The position numbers and the translations under genes are program-made. This document shows positions 37,860 through 51,189 of a stretch of 64,000 bases of DNA, piece after piece (position 1 is the first letter of the stretch; every line of letters begins with the position of its first letter). The stretch covers positions 1,798,001 to 1,862,000 of the forward strand of contig OZ320313.1 in NCBI GenBank assembly GCA_976226885.1, written 5' to 3'. Below the pieces are notes generated by a model that was not told the origin of the DNA, searched no databases, and worked only from the letters and a program-made list of their open reading frames with translations. The stretch is from Iphione sp. A-MEVVRFRX5 (Eukaryota).

Positions 37860-38282
37860 GTGGGTGTGTTCAAGTTCGCTTGTTTGTGTGTGTGGGCATA
37901 TGCATTTGTGTATGTATGTTCATTTGTGTGTGCATGTGTTTGTATGTGCATGTATGTGTGTTATATTTGTTGGATTGTGTGTATGCATGTGTGTGTTCAT
38001 GCGTGCATGTGTGTTTATGTGTGTATGTGTATTTGTGTGTGTGTGTGTTCCTTTGTGCATGTGTGTTTATGTGTGTACATGTATGTGTGTTCATGTGTGC
38101 ATGTGTGTATGTGTGTATGTCTGTGTTATGTGTGTGGGTTTGCATGTATGTATGTATGTTTATGTGTGTATGTGTGTGTTCGTGTGTGTGCATGTGTGTG
38201 TTCTCATGTGTGCATGTGTCTATATGTGCATGTGTGTGCCTGTATGTGTTTGTTCATGTCTGCATGTGTGTGTATGTGTGTA
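37860..38282. repeat. Degenerate (TG)n / TGTA / TGCA low-complexity tract
   Basis: Continuous GT-rich sequence; the source of several spurious ORFs. Confidence 0.9.
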
Positions 38283-40852
38283 TAGACTGTTAAATGGTGC
38301 CTACATCTGATGACTCGTGCACATTCATATGCCAATCCCTCTCCTACTTACTTCAGCTAATTTAGAATATCATAGGAGGTATCAGTCATATGCTGGGATG
38401 TAATACACTTAGGCAATGTACATGGAAACCCTTTCATCCATATAAACCCCTTCATCTCTGTCATTAATATAAACCCTTTCACGTTAGGATACTTACATTT
38501 ATTCTGCTTACAGCATGACTTCTCCACGGATTCATTTTGTCCCGGATGCAAAACTGATAGTCAACATGCAGTACAATTACAAAGGGTTTTCTATGCTGTA
38601 CATAGACCATGAATTCGTGTTATAATTAGTTTTTGCCCCGCTCTTTTATACCCTGCTAATTCTTAGTGAGATTTCGCCTTCTAGCCTGTCATTGTGTACC
38701 TCCCTCCTGCCTCAGGGACACCCCAGCCCTTCATTATTCGCCAGCCCTGACTGATTGATTAGAGGTGAATTTACTTAGATTGTTTCAAGTGGTTATTAAG
38801 TTATTTTGCAATTAGGCACTCTACGAGAAGCGTACGAGCAGGTATTGACGTGTGGAGCCTGCTGCTGCTGCCACCTACCGGCGGATTGCTAGGGGTTCTG
38901 TCTTTACATGTTGAGATCGCTCGCCGGTTATTCTGCCCCCCCTCTCCCCCTCCCTCCCTCCCTCCCACCCACCGCCCATCGACCCATTAGCTGCAGCGCT
39001 GTTGTGAGATTAGGCACCGCTACCCATTGTCTTGTAACTAATGTGTCTATCGCAGCATTTTGTTAGCCAGTGTTTTACTGCCCTGCCGGGAGGGGCGCTC
39101 GTTGTAGTGAAGGGGGGGGGGCAAGCTTTTGTTTTCTCGTCGTCCTCCGGAATGACTTCCGTTTAGTGTAGTTTGGTGAACTGGTTCCTTGTCCTGCGAG
39201 TAGATAAACGGCCTCATCAAAACACGGCCCATAGCCCAACCACCTTCATGTATGGGGACCAGGAGAGAACCTGCCCCCCGGGTACTCTACAGGCGCATGC
39301 GTACACACCCCATGATAAATATTTTTTAGTTTATAATAACTGTTCCTTATCATTCACTTTATATAACGGAGGGAGGGGGGTTGGCTGCTTTATCAGGACA
39401 AGCGTTATGTTTGCTCATAGCTGCACTCAGGGCGATAAACGAGGAAAACAATAGCAGGTACATTCTTAACGTAGCCAGGCACGTCACGTGACGGTACGAC
39501 AACTGTTCGGAGCGGAATCTTTATGTCTTGGCCGTAACGCTAGTTTAATGCGTGGTATATTACATTGATATGTGCTATTTATCATGTCCTTGTGTACTAA
39601 ATGTCAGTTTATAGACGCAGCTAGTCCATACGCCATGTTAAGTGTAAAAATCAGCCGTTATACTGTAGTTGTAAGATTGTGTATAAAGTAAACATTCATT
39701 CCAATATTCATACACTTATCAGATGTGTCATTATACCTACTGGAATTACAATATGGTTTAAAAAGTTAACAATTACTCATCTGTTCATTTGCATATAAAA
39801 CATATTTATTATTCGCATTCATGAATAAACTCTGCCGTTATGGAGTTTTACTGGGGTTTTTACTCAGCTATTGATAACAATGTAGATATACAACTATTAT
39901 TATTACACACACGTATTAACTCCTTTTACTGGAGATAGTTGCATCATTTAAGACATGGTTACAGTAATGGGTCTAAGGCAGAGTTTCCGTGTACGTATGT
40001 AGGTGTCTGTCCATGCATGTTTCAGTACATATTGTTTTGGAACTATGGTTAACATGATGAGTGTACCCCACATAAGCATGTCTGCATGGCCGTGCATAGC
40101 CGTGCTTGGCCATGTTTCAAAAATGGAATATGTCCCATTCCTCCATGAAAGACACATGTGTTTGGCATGTATATTCTGGGCAGAATCATTATAACAGGCA
40201 TGTAAGCGTAAAAACCACATGCCACGACATGTATACAGTGATTATAATATCCAGAGAAACACATTCTGATACATCCCCATACACACACCAATGCCAACAC
40301 ATGCACAGGGACACCCTGCCTTAGTTTCTAGAAAGGTTAGTTATTGTACAGTACACAGATATAATCATTAACATCTGCACAGTTTCTGAAAGTTACAAGT
40401 GTAACATGTCTCTTAGACTAAGATGAATGATGGTTTGTGAAATAAAGAATCTGAGATCTGCATTCAGTATCGTCTGTCTTAAGTGCAGTGAGAGACTAAC
40501 CCTTTATTCAGGAAGTGAGTCCCTTGTATGCAAAGTCTGGCCCTAAAGGTGGCCATGTGAAGCAATCAATCAACTAAGTTTAGCAACAATTAACATCTTT
40601 TGATTGCCAATTTTATGGTTTGTCAGAATTCCGCTGATTCAAGTAGAGACTTTTGCCAAAAACCCCTGCCTTTTTGCATCTCGAGTCAGAATAGTTCTGA
40701 CTCCAGACTGAAGGTTTCAGTTTAACATCTTAACTTAATGAGGTACAGTCCTTAAGTATTGAAAGCCCAATATTGTCGGTTGAGACCAAAACACTACGCG
40801 AGGAAGAAGCTTCATGTATGTACATCTGATGACTAGATAATGAAAGGATATA

Positions 40853-41027
40853 GAGTGTCCCCTCGGACCGCGACCACCCATGTAATCAGACCACCTCTCT
40901 AATAAGACCATTTTGTAAGGAACAGAATTACATACTTGTAAATAAATACCCCTCATTAATAAGACCATCCCTATTATAACCATTTGAGATTAGAACCAAT
41001 GCTGGTCCTATTAGCAAGGAGACACCA
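40853..41027. mobile_element. Degenerate Tc1/mariner-pogo type MITE
   Basis: TA|GAGTGTCCCCTCG ... CAAGGAGACACCA|TA imperfect TIR (9/13). Internal GACCACC / TAATAAGACC repeats are typical of this MITE class. Confidence 0.5.
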
Positions 41028-41689
41028 TAGACATCATCAAGTAGTGAATTTAGATTGTGTCAGAGGTAACAGGCACTTGATCCTACATGTGACATGGTGG
41101 TTAAGGAATAATACAAAAAAATAATCTAAGTCTGAGTCTAAAGGTTAAAATGTAACTGTCATTAAATATATCTACAAGATACTTTATACAGAAAACAAGT
41201 ATTCTGTTTTCTATACACATGTATTAGTTCAGCCATTACACTTCTGTAGCAATATGCGTTATTTAGTAACACTGTAAAAAGATAGCATTACAAGAACGTT
41301 CGATATATGCACAGCGGCGGATGTTTAATTACAAATGTGACACACAAGTCATCCTATTTCAAATATGAAGAAAATGTCAGAAGTGATTTGTTCATTACTC
41401 CTGATTTGAATGATAAAAACGGGAAGATTCATCGTTCTCAGAATAGTAAACAACCATCAACATGCAGGAGAGACCCCAGAGAGACATTTTCCATCAGCGT
41501 GAATGAAGCGTTTTCGGTCCTCAGATTCTATTTTCCCTCCAGTTTCCATCCACTTTCCTTTAGAAGGATCAGTAGCCATTGTTGTGTAGAAATCGCAGAG
41601 GACTTGAGCTGTATTATCGCTTGTTGATTATCATACTGTTATTATCATCATTATCACATACATACACTGGCATCAATTACCTGCCGGTC

Positions 41690-42415
41690 AAAGGACAATG
41701 GATTATCCTGAACAAAACAAAGACAAAATATCAAACATTTGGTAAGGCAGTTTGTATTGACTTGGATTTAGATGTACATGGTGGTATTATTGATAGGTTC
41801 GATGAATTTTCCTTCCTTCGGGTGTTAATTGATTCTTAGCTGAAATTTAGTCCTTTTATTGCCAATAAGATCAGGATGTTAAACAGTGTTAAAAATGCCA
41901 TTTTTAGGGCTAGACCATTTATCAAAGGGAACCTCAGAACGAAATTAATGATGGCATTTTTTATACCGCATCTTCACTATGGCCTTCCGTTGGTGCTGGG
42001 TGCAGGAAAATCTGAAAAGAACAGGTTAGAAGCAGCATGGCTTACAGCAGTGAGGGGCTGTGTACTTCATCCCGGCGTGACTTTGGCCAAAACTGCCAGC
42101 TGGTTGGAGCAAAACAGGGCTATGCATATGTATGAAAGAGGAAGAAGCAACATTCATATCTTGTCATAAATGATATGAACCACCTGTTTGCAGTACCAGA
42201 CCAGAGTCACGGACCAGAGGAACCGTGAGGGCAACATTAGCCTTGGACAAGCCCCGAACCACTCTGTATCATTTAAGTTTTGCGTATGAGGGAATCAAGC
42301 AGTGGAATCAACTACCTAGCGGATGGGTTGAATCAGAAAAGAAGATATTCAAATTAATCATCAGAACACATGTACTTACTCGTGGCCACAGAGGATAAGT
42401 AAAGGCATTTGTGTT
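41690..42415 (+). mobile_element. Degenerate 3' fragment of a CR1/L2-group LINE (RT thumb and C-terminal region)
   Basis: Translates as WIILNKTKTK..F....LDVHGGIIDRFDEFSFLRVLIDS*LKF, then AIFRARPFI...LMMAFFIPHLHYGL..LGAGKSEKNRLE. After frameshifts it continues TRG...LDKPRTTLYHLSFAYEGIKQWNQLP. This matches the L2/CR1 pattern LN..KTK / FKFLGV.ID..L.F / LPHL.YG / PRT....SF.Y.G.K.WN.LP. Confidence 0.85.
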
Positions 42416-42782
42416 GAGTTGCTGAGGAACAACATCCTGGATAAGGTGATTTTCTACCTCGATAAACGTTTTCAAATCAAAATCCACCTTTGTTTGTGCA
42501 GGCACAACTCATGTGCAATGAGAGAATTACTGATGTGACAGGATACAAATTAATCTTCGATAAGGTCTATTCAAAACACATCGGTGTCTCCAGTAACCTG
42601 ACCAACCCTCCATTTGGTCTCTAGGGAATATTTTATTTTTCCTTGTTTCTTAAAAACATGTATTTTTTCTAAATAGTTTTGTTTTATTTATTTTTTCTTT
42701 GTTTCGTAAATACATGTCTTGGTTGTAAAGAGTTTTGGTTTGTAAATATTGAAACAGTAAATAAAGATATACAATGTATTAG

Positions 42783-43060
42783 TTAAAGTACGGGGACTGG
42801 TGATTACATGAGAATGTCTGAGGGACGAGAGACATTATTGAGTGTGAGCCTGTCCGAGGACTTTAACTGATTTAAACTACCCCTCTCCCAACTGAGAGAT
42901 GGGTTCAGTCAAGAAGAATGGTCCACCGAGGCAATAGCTGAGGTGGCTTTCATGTGTACCATTCTTATACCATTGGAAAGCCCTCATCAAGAGCTTTCCA
43001 ATGAGCTATGGCAGGTGTTTGTAGCTGCATTTGTTACTGGTCCACGGCTGAAAACGTGAT
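42783..43060. mobile_element. Possible Kolobok-like non-autonomous element fragment
   Basis: Begins TTAA|AG. Contains the inverted pair CATTGGAAAGC (42971-42981) / GCTTTCCAATG (42993-43003). The other terminus was not found. Confidence 0.3.
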
Positions 43061-43476
43061 CACTGCCAATGTGATGGCTGAGACGGCTGTCAAGTGAGGG
43101 AAAAGAAGCTTTGATTTGGTTTGTAGAGAGAGAAGGAGAAAGGCGCCAAGATGGCTGTCAAGTGAGTGAAAAGTAACATGGTTTAAATTTGAAAAAGAGA
43201 AAGAGGGGGGGGGTGGTCTTGGGGGTCTCCCCTCATATTAATGAAAAGTAATAAGAGGATGTTTAGAGAGGTAGTGCTAAAGATGCATTTAATTCATGAA
43301 AAGAGGCAAACATTACTGGAGGTTTGGCTAAAGATGCATTGAATTCATGAAAAGGTGGCAAAGATTTCTGGAGATCATGCAAAATATGTACTTAATTCAT
43401 GAATATATTAGAAAGAAAAGGAGGGGTGTGCTACTCCACCTTGGAATGCACCAACACATTCTGTAACCCTTGTGCT

Positions 43477-43560
43477 GGCTCTGCGGTGCAGTGGATAGGA
43501 GAGCTGCACAGAGAGAAGCAAGCATGTGAAAGGGTAAAGTGGGTTCGAATCCCCTGAGGA
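43477..43560 (+). mobile_element. tRNA-derived SINE head or tRNA pseudogene
   Basis: A-box-like CGGTGCAGTGG (43484-43494) and B-box GGTTCGAATCC (43542-43552) at Pol III spacing. The cloverleaf stems do not close, so this is not a functional tRNA. Confidence 0.45.
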
Positions 43561-44624
43561 ACCCCAACATGAAAAAGAATGTGGAGAAACAACAACAAGC
43601 ATGTCTGAGGAACAATACAAATACGTGAAATAATGTACGTGGGGGGATGGTAGGGACATAGAGAGAAAGGGGTGGCAGGGGTGGTTTAAGCAGCATTATG
43701 CTAATGCCATACACATTTGTTGTTTTTATCATTCATTGACAGTGAAAAAAATGAATAAAAAAGAATACCACCCGCCTTCCAACCGTTCATTTTTGTTAAA
43801 AGTTACCGGGAACTCAGGACGATTTCATTTTGCCCAATATAGAACAGGTCAACTCTGCTTTTATTAAAGAAAATAGAATAATTAAATTTGAAATAAGTTA
43901 TTTTTTCAATTATAGGCGAACAATGAGAAGGTCAGACAGTCCATCTGTGAGACAAAAGAGGGTCTTGACTCATTCAGTTAAAGAAAAGGAGGGCAGGATA
44001 ACCTTCAGGTTTTAGCCCTTGGGCCGGGCAGGCTCCCGTATAGGTGCAGTGGACTAATGCGGGGTGTTAGTCTGGAGACATATTCCCTACTGATGAAGAG
44101 ACAATGTATTTCATTGGCTGTTTCCAAGAAGACCTTTCTTTAAAACCAGTTAGATTATTTGTCTTGCACAAGTTTAGGGGAAAAAACATCATCTGTACAT
44201 TTCAGTGTGTTTATGTTAAGTTTTCGTAAAGTAGACATAATTTGAGTTAAGTCTAATTGAGAATTAGTAAGAAGATATATTTATTTGTTGCTAAAAGTAC
44301 AGTAAAGTATCCTTCCTGATGTTCCTCAGCAGGACTCGGCCCCTCTCCCTAAGACAATTTTTTGCATTTATAAAGACAAGTATTTTACTTCACTAAGATC
44401 ATCTCTCGTTGTTTAAATGACAGTTAAGCGTATTTTTTCTAGTGTTTTTTCAGTAGGACTAAGCTCCTCTGCCCCATGGCCTATCAGCCCTTAACACCGT
44501 AGATTACTAATGCTAACAAACACCAGAAACCACACTTAACTGCTACGTTAAAGAAACACAACACTATTCATCAACCATAGACAATGAAGTCATGCCTTTC
44601 TTCACCGTGGATTAAGGAGAAGGT

Positions 44625-45290
44625 AAAGCATCCTTCCATCAGAGGAAAGGATTTCAGACCCCCTCTTCAATTGACCAATCGCTTGGAGACTCGGACATTG
44701 ACCACTTTTGTTTCGTCCTGCCACTAAGGTGCAACAACCACATGTCCGTATATCAGCATCTGTTTCACCATATACTTCACAGGGAGGATTAGGGAAGTAT
44801 CCTTCAATAAGAGAAAAGGATTTTAGACCCCTAATAATCAACGAATTGCTGGGAGACTCAGACATTTGCCACCTTTCATTTGTCCTGCCACTAAGGTGCA
44901 ACAACCACATGTCCATATATCAGCATCTGTTTCACCATATACTTCACAAGGAGGATTAGGGAAGTATCCTTCAGTCAGAGAAAAAGATTTTAGACCCCTC
45001 TTTAATTTACCAATTGCTGGGAGACTCGGGCATTTGCCACCTTTCATTCATCCTGCCACTAAGGTGCAACACCCACATGTCCGTACATCAGCATTTGCAT
45101 CACTGTATACTTCACAGGGAGGAATAGAGAAGTTTCCTTCAATCAGAGAAAAGGATTTTAGACCCCCTCTTTAATCGGCCAATCACTGGGAGACTCGGAC
45201 ATTTGCCACCTTTCATTCGTCCTGCCACTAAGGTGCAACACCCACATGTCTGTATATCAGCATCTGATTCACCGTATACTTCACAGTGAG
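44625..45290. repeat. Tandem array, 168 bp x 4
   Basis: CCTTC..T.AGAG.AAA.GATTT.AGACCCC at 44632, 44801, 44968 and 45136; constant CCTGCCACTAAGGTGCAACA. Confidence 0.92.
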
Positions 45291-45383
45291 GATGGGGGCT
45301 TTAGCTTATATAAATCAAAGAGCATATCGATTGGAACTGTAGGGAATCCCAGGGACAAACAACAGGTGGGCATCACGTGGACA

Positions 45384-46022
45384 GAGCTTGGCCTGAGGTG
45401 GCCATACTGGGTGTCCTCTTATCGTTATCTTCACTGCAAGTCAGTGTTAGTACCGCCCAGGATACCACACACCAGGTTAAGTCTGATATTATATGCCCAC
45501 AGGCATATTTACTGACACATTAGCTCAGTGGTGGGTGTCTGGTGAGTTTTAACGATGAATCTGAGAAGTACGGCAATTCTCAGGCGGTGGTGAGTTCAGA
45601 GCTTGGTCTGAGGTGACCATACTGGGTGACCTGTCATCATTATCTTCAATGAGAGTGTTTATACCGCCCAGAATACCACACACCATGTTACGTCTGATAC
45701 TATATGCCCACAGGCATATTTATCGACACATAAATTGGTGGTGGATGTCTGGTGAGTTTTAACCATGAATCTGAGAAGTACGGCAATTCTCAGGCGGTGG
45801 TGAGTTCAGAGCTTGGTCTGAGGTGACCATACTGGGTGACCTGTCATCATTTTCTTCAATGAGAGTGTTTATACCGCCCAGGATACCACACACCATGTTA
45901 CGTCTGATATTATATGCCCACAGGCATATTTACTGACACATTAGCTCAGTGGTGGGTGTCTGGTGAGTTTTAACCATGAATCTGAGAAGTACGGCAATTC
46001 TCAGGCGGTGGTGAGTTCAGTA
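45384..46022. repeat. Tandem array, about 210 bp x 3
   Basis: GAGCTTGG.CTGAGGTG.CCATACTGGGTG at 45384, 45599 and 45809. Confidence 0.92.
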
Positions 46023-46535
46023 ATCATGTCATCTTTCTAATCGAGCCGGCGGAGAAGGGAATTTAATCTTTTAAATCCATTACAATTTCCTTCACCTATT
46101 CCATCCGAATGAGGAGGAAGCCATTGGGGAGCATATTAATGGCGTTTTCCTGTACGTCTAACGTGAATAATTGATGACTTGGTGACAGAACTTACATACA
46201 GACATTTACGATTCACGTGTCATGCGTGCCTCCTGATTTAGACAGCAGCTGCCACATCTTCGGAAGGACATGGCTTTCTTCTACGTGTATATCCGCTGTT
46301 ATTTGATGAATAAGCTCCCGTACGTGGGGAACATTAATGCTCGCTCCACGCTCCGCTAGTTTCAGTAGGACTCACACTTGTTCAATAGATGGAGCCACTG
46401 TCACCTCCCACCACTGGAGATGTCAGTCTTTGACCCCCTCCTTTATGGAGAGGGCTGACCGCGCCCCCTTGTGGAGGGTGCACGTGGTGTCCTGCCTGAT
46501 TGTCCCGTCGAGAGACCGTCAGTCGGCGGCAAAGG

Positions 46536-46590
46536 ACCCCGGCCTCCCCCCGGCCTCCCCCCGGCCTCCCCCCGGCCTCCCCCCGGCCGC
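46536..46590. repeat. (GGCCTCCCCCC)4 GC-rich minisatellite
   Basis: 11-mer repeats; six-G runs on the minus strand. Confidence 0.9.
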
Positions 46591-47009
46591 CACCGGGTCT
46601 CCCCTGGGCCTCCTCCAGGGGGAAACTCAGCCGAGCAGGCCCCCTTGGGAGCCCGCCGGGGGCGACCCGGCCTCTCCCCGGCCTCTCCCCGACCCTCCGC
46701 CCGCTGCACCTTCCGGCTGGGACGGGGCCAAACTCATAAATACAAACGAAGTCCCTCTGACCCGTCCATCCCTCCAACCCCCCGACTTCCATTTGTGGAA
46801 TTGGGCCTTGCGTCTTGACGACCCAACTCTGCTGTTTCATTGGCCACTGTCCGTCCCACGTGGCCTCCCCTGGCTGCTCCTAGGGGGCGCAGGGGGTAGT
46901 CATCCAGAATCATGCCATAAGACAGCAGGGTCAGCTTGCCTTCAGTCCCTTACTCATAATCTTACCCGGGGTTTGTCATCTGTGTCCGCTACGGGCTGTT
47001 CATTACGGA

Positions 47010-47435
47010 GTCCTAGGAGAGGGAGGGGGAGGGGGGGGGAGGAAGAGGGGGGCGGGTGAGGGAGAGGGTGAGGCGGAGAAAGAAAGGAGAACGAGGAGGG
47101 TAAGGAGGAGGAGTGAGGAGGAGGAGAGAGGAGGAGGAGGAAAAGAGAGGAGGAGCCTGATTCGCAAAGGAGGCAGTGAGAAGAAGAAGCAGCAAGAATA
47201 TGAGGAAATAGAGCAGGAAGAGGGGGGAGGAGGAGGAGGAGGAGGGGGAGAGGGAGAGAGAAGGTGCAGGGTTAGTAGCGAAGGCAGGGAAGAGGGGAAA
47301 CAGGAGGAGTAAGAGGAGGAAGATAGGAGTAGGAGGTAAATAGTGAAGGAGGAGGAGGAGGAATGAGAGGAGGAGCGGGGATAAGAGGAGGAGGGGGAAA
47401 GAGAGAGGAAGAATATGCAGGAGGAGAATAGGGAG
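47010..47435. repeat. Polypurine (GGA/GAG) tract
   Basis: About 420 bp almost devoid of pyrimidines on the + strand. Confidence 0.9.
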
Positions 47436-49882
47436 CTATGGCCAATGAATTAACGTTTGAGAGGAGAGGTAGTTAGTGGATGCAGCTAGAGGCGGAATGG
47501 AAGAGTGGGGGATGAGAGAGTGAATATGCAGAGGGTAGTCAGGCCATAGAAGGTTGAGGTAGAAGCAAGAACGACCCCTGAAGAGACTTGTCTCTACCTT
47601 ATTCCACTCCGCTCGTCCTCCTCCTCCTGCTGCTGCCCGCACTCTTCCTGGTCGCATCTCCTCCAGACGTCCCCTTTATTGACCTATTGATCCGTAACCC
47701 TCACCCCTGTAAGTGAATCACCATAAATAAGGAGACATATGACGCTCCGCGGAATACACGACCTTTTATGAATNNNNNNNNNNNNNNNNNNNNNNNNNNN
47801 NNNNNNNNNNNNNNNNNNNNNNNNNNNNNNNNNNNNNNNNNNNNNNNNNNNNNNNNNNNNNNNNNNNNNNNNNNNNNNNNNNNNNNNNNNNNNNNNNNNN
47901 NNNNNNNNNNNNNNNNNNNNNNNNNNNNNNNNNNNNNNNNNNNNNNNNNNNNNNNNNNNNNNNNNNNNNNNNNNNNNNNNNNNNNNNNNNNNNNNNNNNN
48001 NNNNNNNNNNNNNNNNNNNNNNNNNNNNNNNNNNNNNNNNNNGTGCAAGCGCATCAGACAACCGGCAAGGGGGTAGGGGAGTTGGGGGGTGGGGAGGAAG
48101 GACTATAGCACAGCACAGGTTCAACAACCATGAACAAAAGGCGGAGAACCTCTTTAGAAGTTCGCAACCTGAGAGAAAATAGATACATGTTCACCGGAAC
48201 GGAGAAAGACTTGATTATGATTGACAATTGAACGGCTGGTTGGTAAGACCCGTTCCTCCATAGTTACGAGTTGTGGCTTCAATAGTCTGTGATAGACCCA
48301 GTAAGCCTTGTCAAAGATAGATTGCAGCCTGAAAGTTAAGCTATCCCAACAGTTTAACCATCCTGACAGGTTGAAAAAGAAACGTGACAATTTTAACTCT
48401 TTGACAATTCCAACAACCTGATAGTTTAAACACCCTGAGAGTTAAATCATCCTGACAGTTGAAACTATCTGAAAATTATACTCTCGTGACAATTTAAACA
48501 TCGTCTAATACTTTAACTAACCTGTCAGGTAAGTTTGTCTGTCAGTTTAACAAACCTCTCAGTTGAAAATACCTAATATTTTAACTAAAATGGCAATATA
48601 ATTATACTGACCAATTAAGTTGAAGTTGTTTCGTAGTAATAATAGAAAATAATACTAAATGTAAACAATAACGTTAAGAAGGTTCACTGAATTTGAAGAG
48701 ACATTAGTATTAAATGAAGCATTTTGTATATCTGATTAGTAATATTTTATATACCTCAAAGAAAATTTATATTGACACAGGCATCCCAGACCATAACCAG
48801 TCTAACTGCAATATTATGCAGCCAATGACCACAGTATTGGCTGAATAAACATCAGGTCCTATACAGACTTCTCCCAGAATATGCCATTGTCAGTCATTGG
48901 GATCACTAGGCTTTCCTAAGCACCAAGTTAAAGACTATTGTGCATAAATGCAAATAGAGAGCAATATTAAATTAGGCAGAGTAAAAAGCATTGACCCCTT
49001 TAATAAATTACTTCAGGCTGTTGTCATGTAGATGTTTTCACATAATTGGCTAGTAAACTACAAGTAGACTATTTGTCAGATAAAGCAAGAAAACACAATT
49101 CAGCAACTGAGTTACATTGCCTGGCTTCCTTCAACCATCCTGTCAGTTTAACCATGATAACAGTTTAAACTTCATGAAAGGTAAAAAAAAATCCTCTGAC
49201 AGCTTTCATATACGCATAATTTGGACAACATGACAGTTGACAGAACATAACAGTTTGACAACCCTGACAAAAATATCCTAATAGCTTTTAATTACTCAAG
49301 GGTTCAACAGACCTGGCAGTTTTAGAACCTGACAATGTAAGCTACCTCGACATATTAAACATCCTGACAGTTTATATATTCTCATAACCTTTAGGAAGGC
49401 CTTTAGTTTGTTTGAGGTCTGACTAAATCAAGGGGCGATCTTTACGGCCCTCGACCATCGAACAGATCGATCCGCAATTCGTGCGAAACGCATCCCGACA
49501 AACCAGTCTGTTCATAGCACACTAAACCAGGCGGGGATTTCCTGGGCGGGTTTTAAAACGTCCTGGCTTGTTACTGGGGACGAAGTAGTGGTAATTGAGA
49601 GTCAGGGCTTGTACTGAATAGGAGGAGGAGGATGTTTCTGATGGGGTAAGAATTGACTGCGCTATCACCCCGGTCAGGCCCATATAACGCTCTCACCGAG
49701 AAGATCAATAGGCATCCGCCGAGTGGGCGATAATAGGCTAAACCCATACACAATTTACAACATGCTGTTCGTAATGCCACTTCACCTAACGATCCAACCA
49801 ATCCAATCACCATCAACTCCCTCTATAAATGTCTGCAAATAGAGCACTTCCTCAACGCTACATAGTAGACAGCAGCACCAGC

Positions 49883-49896
49883 GCGCCCCCTATTGG
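49883..49896 (-). promoter_or_regulatory. CTCF-like motif
   Basis: Reverse complement CCAATAGGGGGCGC, 13/14 to consensus. Confidence 0.5.
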
Positions 49897-49912
49897 GAGG
49901 AGCGCACACTCC

Positions 49913-50260
49913 TGACAACAGGATTACGGTCTGTCTTTCCCATGTCACACGCACGCACACGTATATATACGCGCACATACAAACACACACATGCATACAT
50001 AGACACACGTGCACACAAATACATAGACAAGCAAACACGCAGGATTATTGTCTGTCTTTCCCATGTCACACGCAGACACACGTATATACGCGCACATACA
50101 AACATACACACACCCATATATAGACACACGTGCAGACAAATACATAGACACCCAGACACACACACGAACACGCACTTCTAACAACAGGATTATGGTCCGT
50201 CTTTCCCATGTAACACACGCACACACATGCACACACACATACAAAGACACATCCGCACTA
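49913..50260. repeat. Composite array: ACAACAGGATTA..GTCTGTCTTTCCCATGT core plus CA spacers x 3
   Basis: Core at about 49921, 50042 and 50187. Confidence 0.85.
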
Positions 50261-51189
50261 ACGACGTTAATCTGCGCGAACGTAGCAGACATCTCCTCCT
50301 ACTTTGTCTACTTTACCTTTTGACTTGTTTTCTACTGTAATCCCCGACTGTTAAATGGCTACCGCCTGGTACGTTACGCCTCTCGTGCGCGGGGAGAATG
50401 TTGCAGCAACCAGCAAATAAGATGTCAATTTGGGGATTAAGACGTTGCTGGCGATGGGGGGGAGGGGGTTGGGGTTCCTCGTCTTATCCGCGACCAATCG
50501 ATTGGATTAAAATGTGGCGGTTGCAAGGCCTAATTAGCAATGAATCACAAGTCTATTAAATTTTATTTTTCGAGCAGGTGGAAGACAAAAGGCTCCGCGT
50601 CGGAGACGGTAATGGATGTGTGTGCGTGTGTGCGTGTGTGTGTGTGTGTGAGTGCGGGCAGCGAGAGGGGAGAGGCGGGATGCTCCAACTACTGGCCCTG
50701 ATCTTTATTACGGCACTAATTTATCACCCTCTGTGCCTCTATGAGAAAATACTCAGCTTACAGCTGGGACACAGCCAGTTTCCCTCCATCACCGCAGACG
50801 TAGTTTTTTTTTTAAACCTCCTTCCATCCAGCAGTTCGCTTTTCCATCGCCTTGTAGTCGGGATTTTTTTTTGTCGTTGGCAACTAGTCCCTGGGACGAA
50901 AACGATCGAAGGAGATTAAAATGGCGCAGGAAGAAGAATGACAAGTGCCGCACGTCTGAGGAGGGATTTATTATGACTATGAACGAGGCCCGCTGCGCTT
51001 TCCATTACCACGCAGCTTTGATTTTTAACGGAGAGTGGCCAATTTCGTTAAATGCTGCGCCAAGACCCGCCGAAATGACTTTGATGAACATCCTAGTCTT
51101 AGAAAATGTAATGAATGCCGTTAATGAGTGGTTAATTAAGTGATTGCGTGCGTCGCCCACTGACTGCAGGCAAGCACCGCTCCTGAAGA

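Larger units (their letters stand above)
42564..43836. mobile_element. Termini of a second, older copy of the same MITE type, with younger insertions between them
   Basis: Left end TAA|GGTC...TGTCTCCAGTAACCTGACCAACCCT (42561-42609). Right end CCCGCCTTCCAACCG...GTTACCGGGAACTCAG...TTTTGCCC (43771-43835). The right end resembles the right end of the 19.8-20.1 kb element. Confidence 0.4.

Noticed and set aside
43477-43560. Functional tRNA gene
   Set aside because: A and B boxes are present, but the acceptor, anticodon and T stems do not pair.
46171-46236. C/D box snoRNA candidate (TTGATGA...CTGA)
   Set aside because: The C box is imperfect, the terminal stem is negligible, and I recognise no rRNA-complementary guide.
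46337-47059. 240 aa Pro-rich ORF
   Set aside because: It is driven by a GC-rich 11-mer repeat and a purine tract, overlapping frames on both strands are also open, and there is no domain or splice support.
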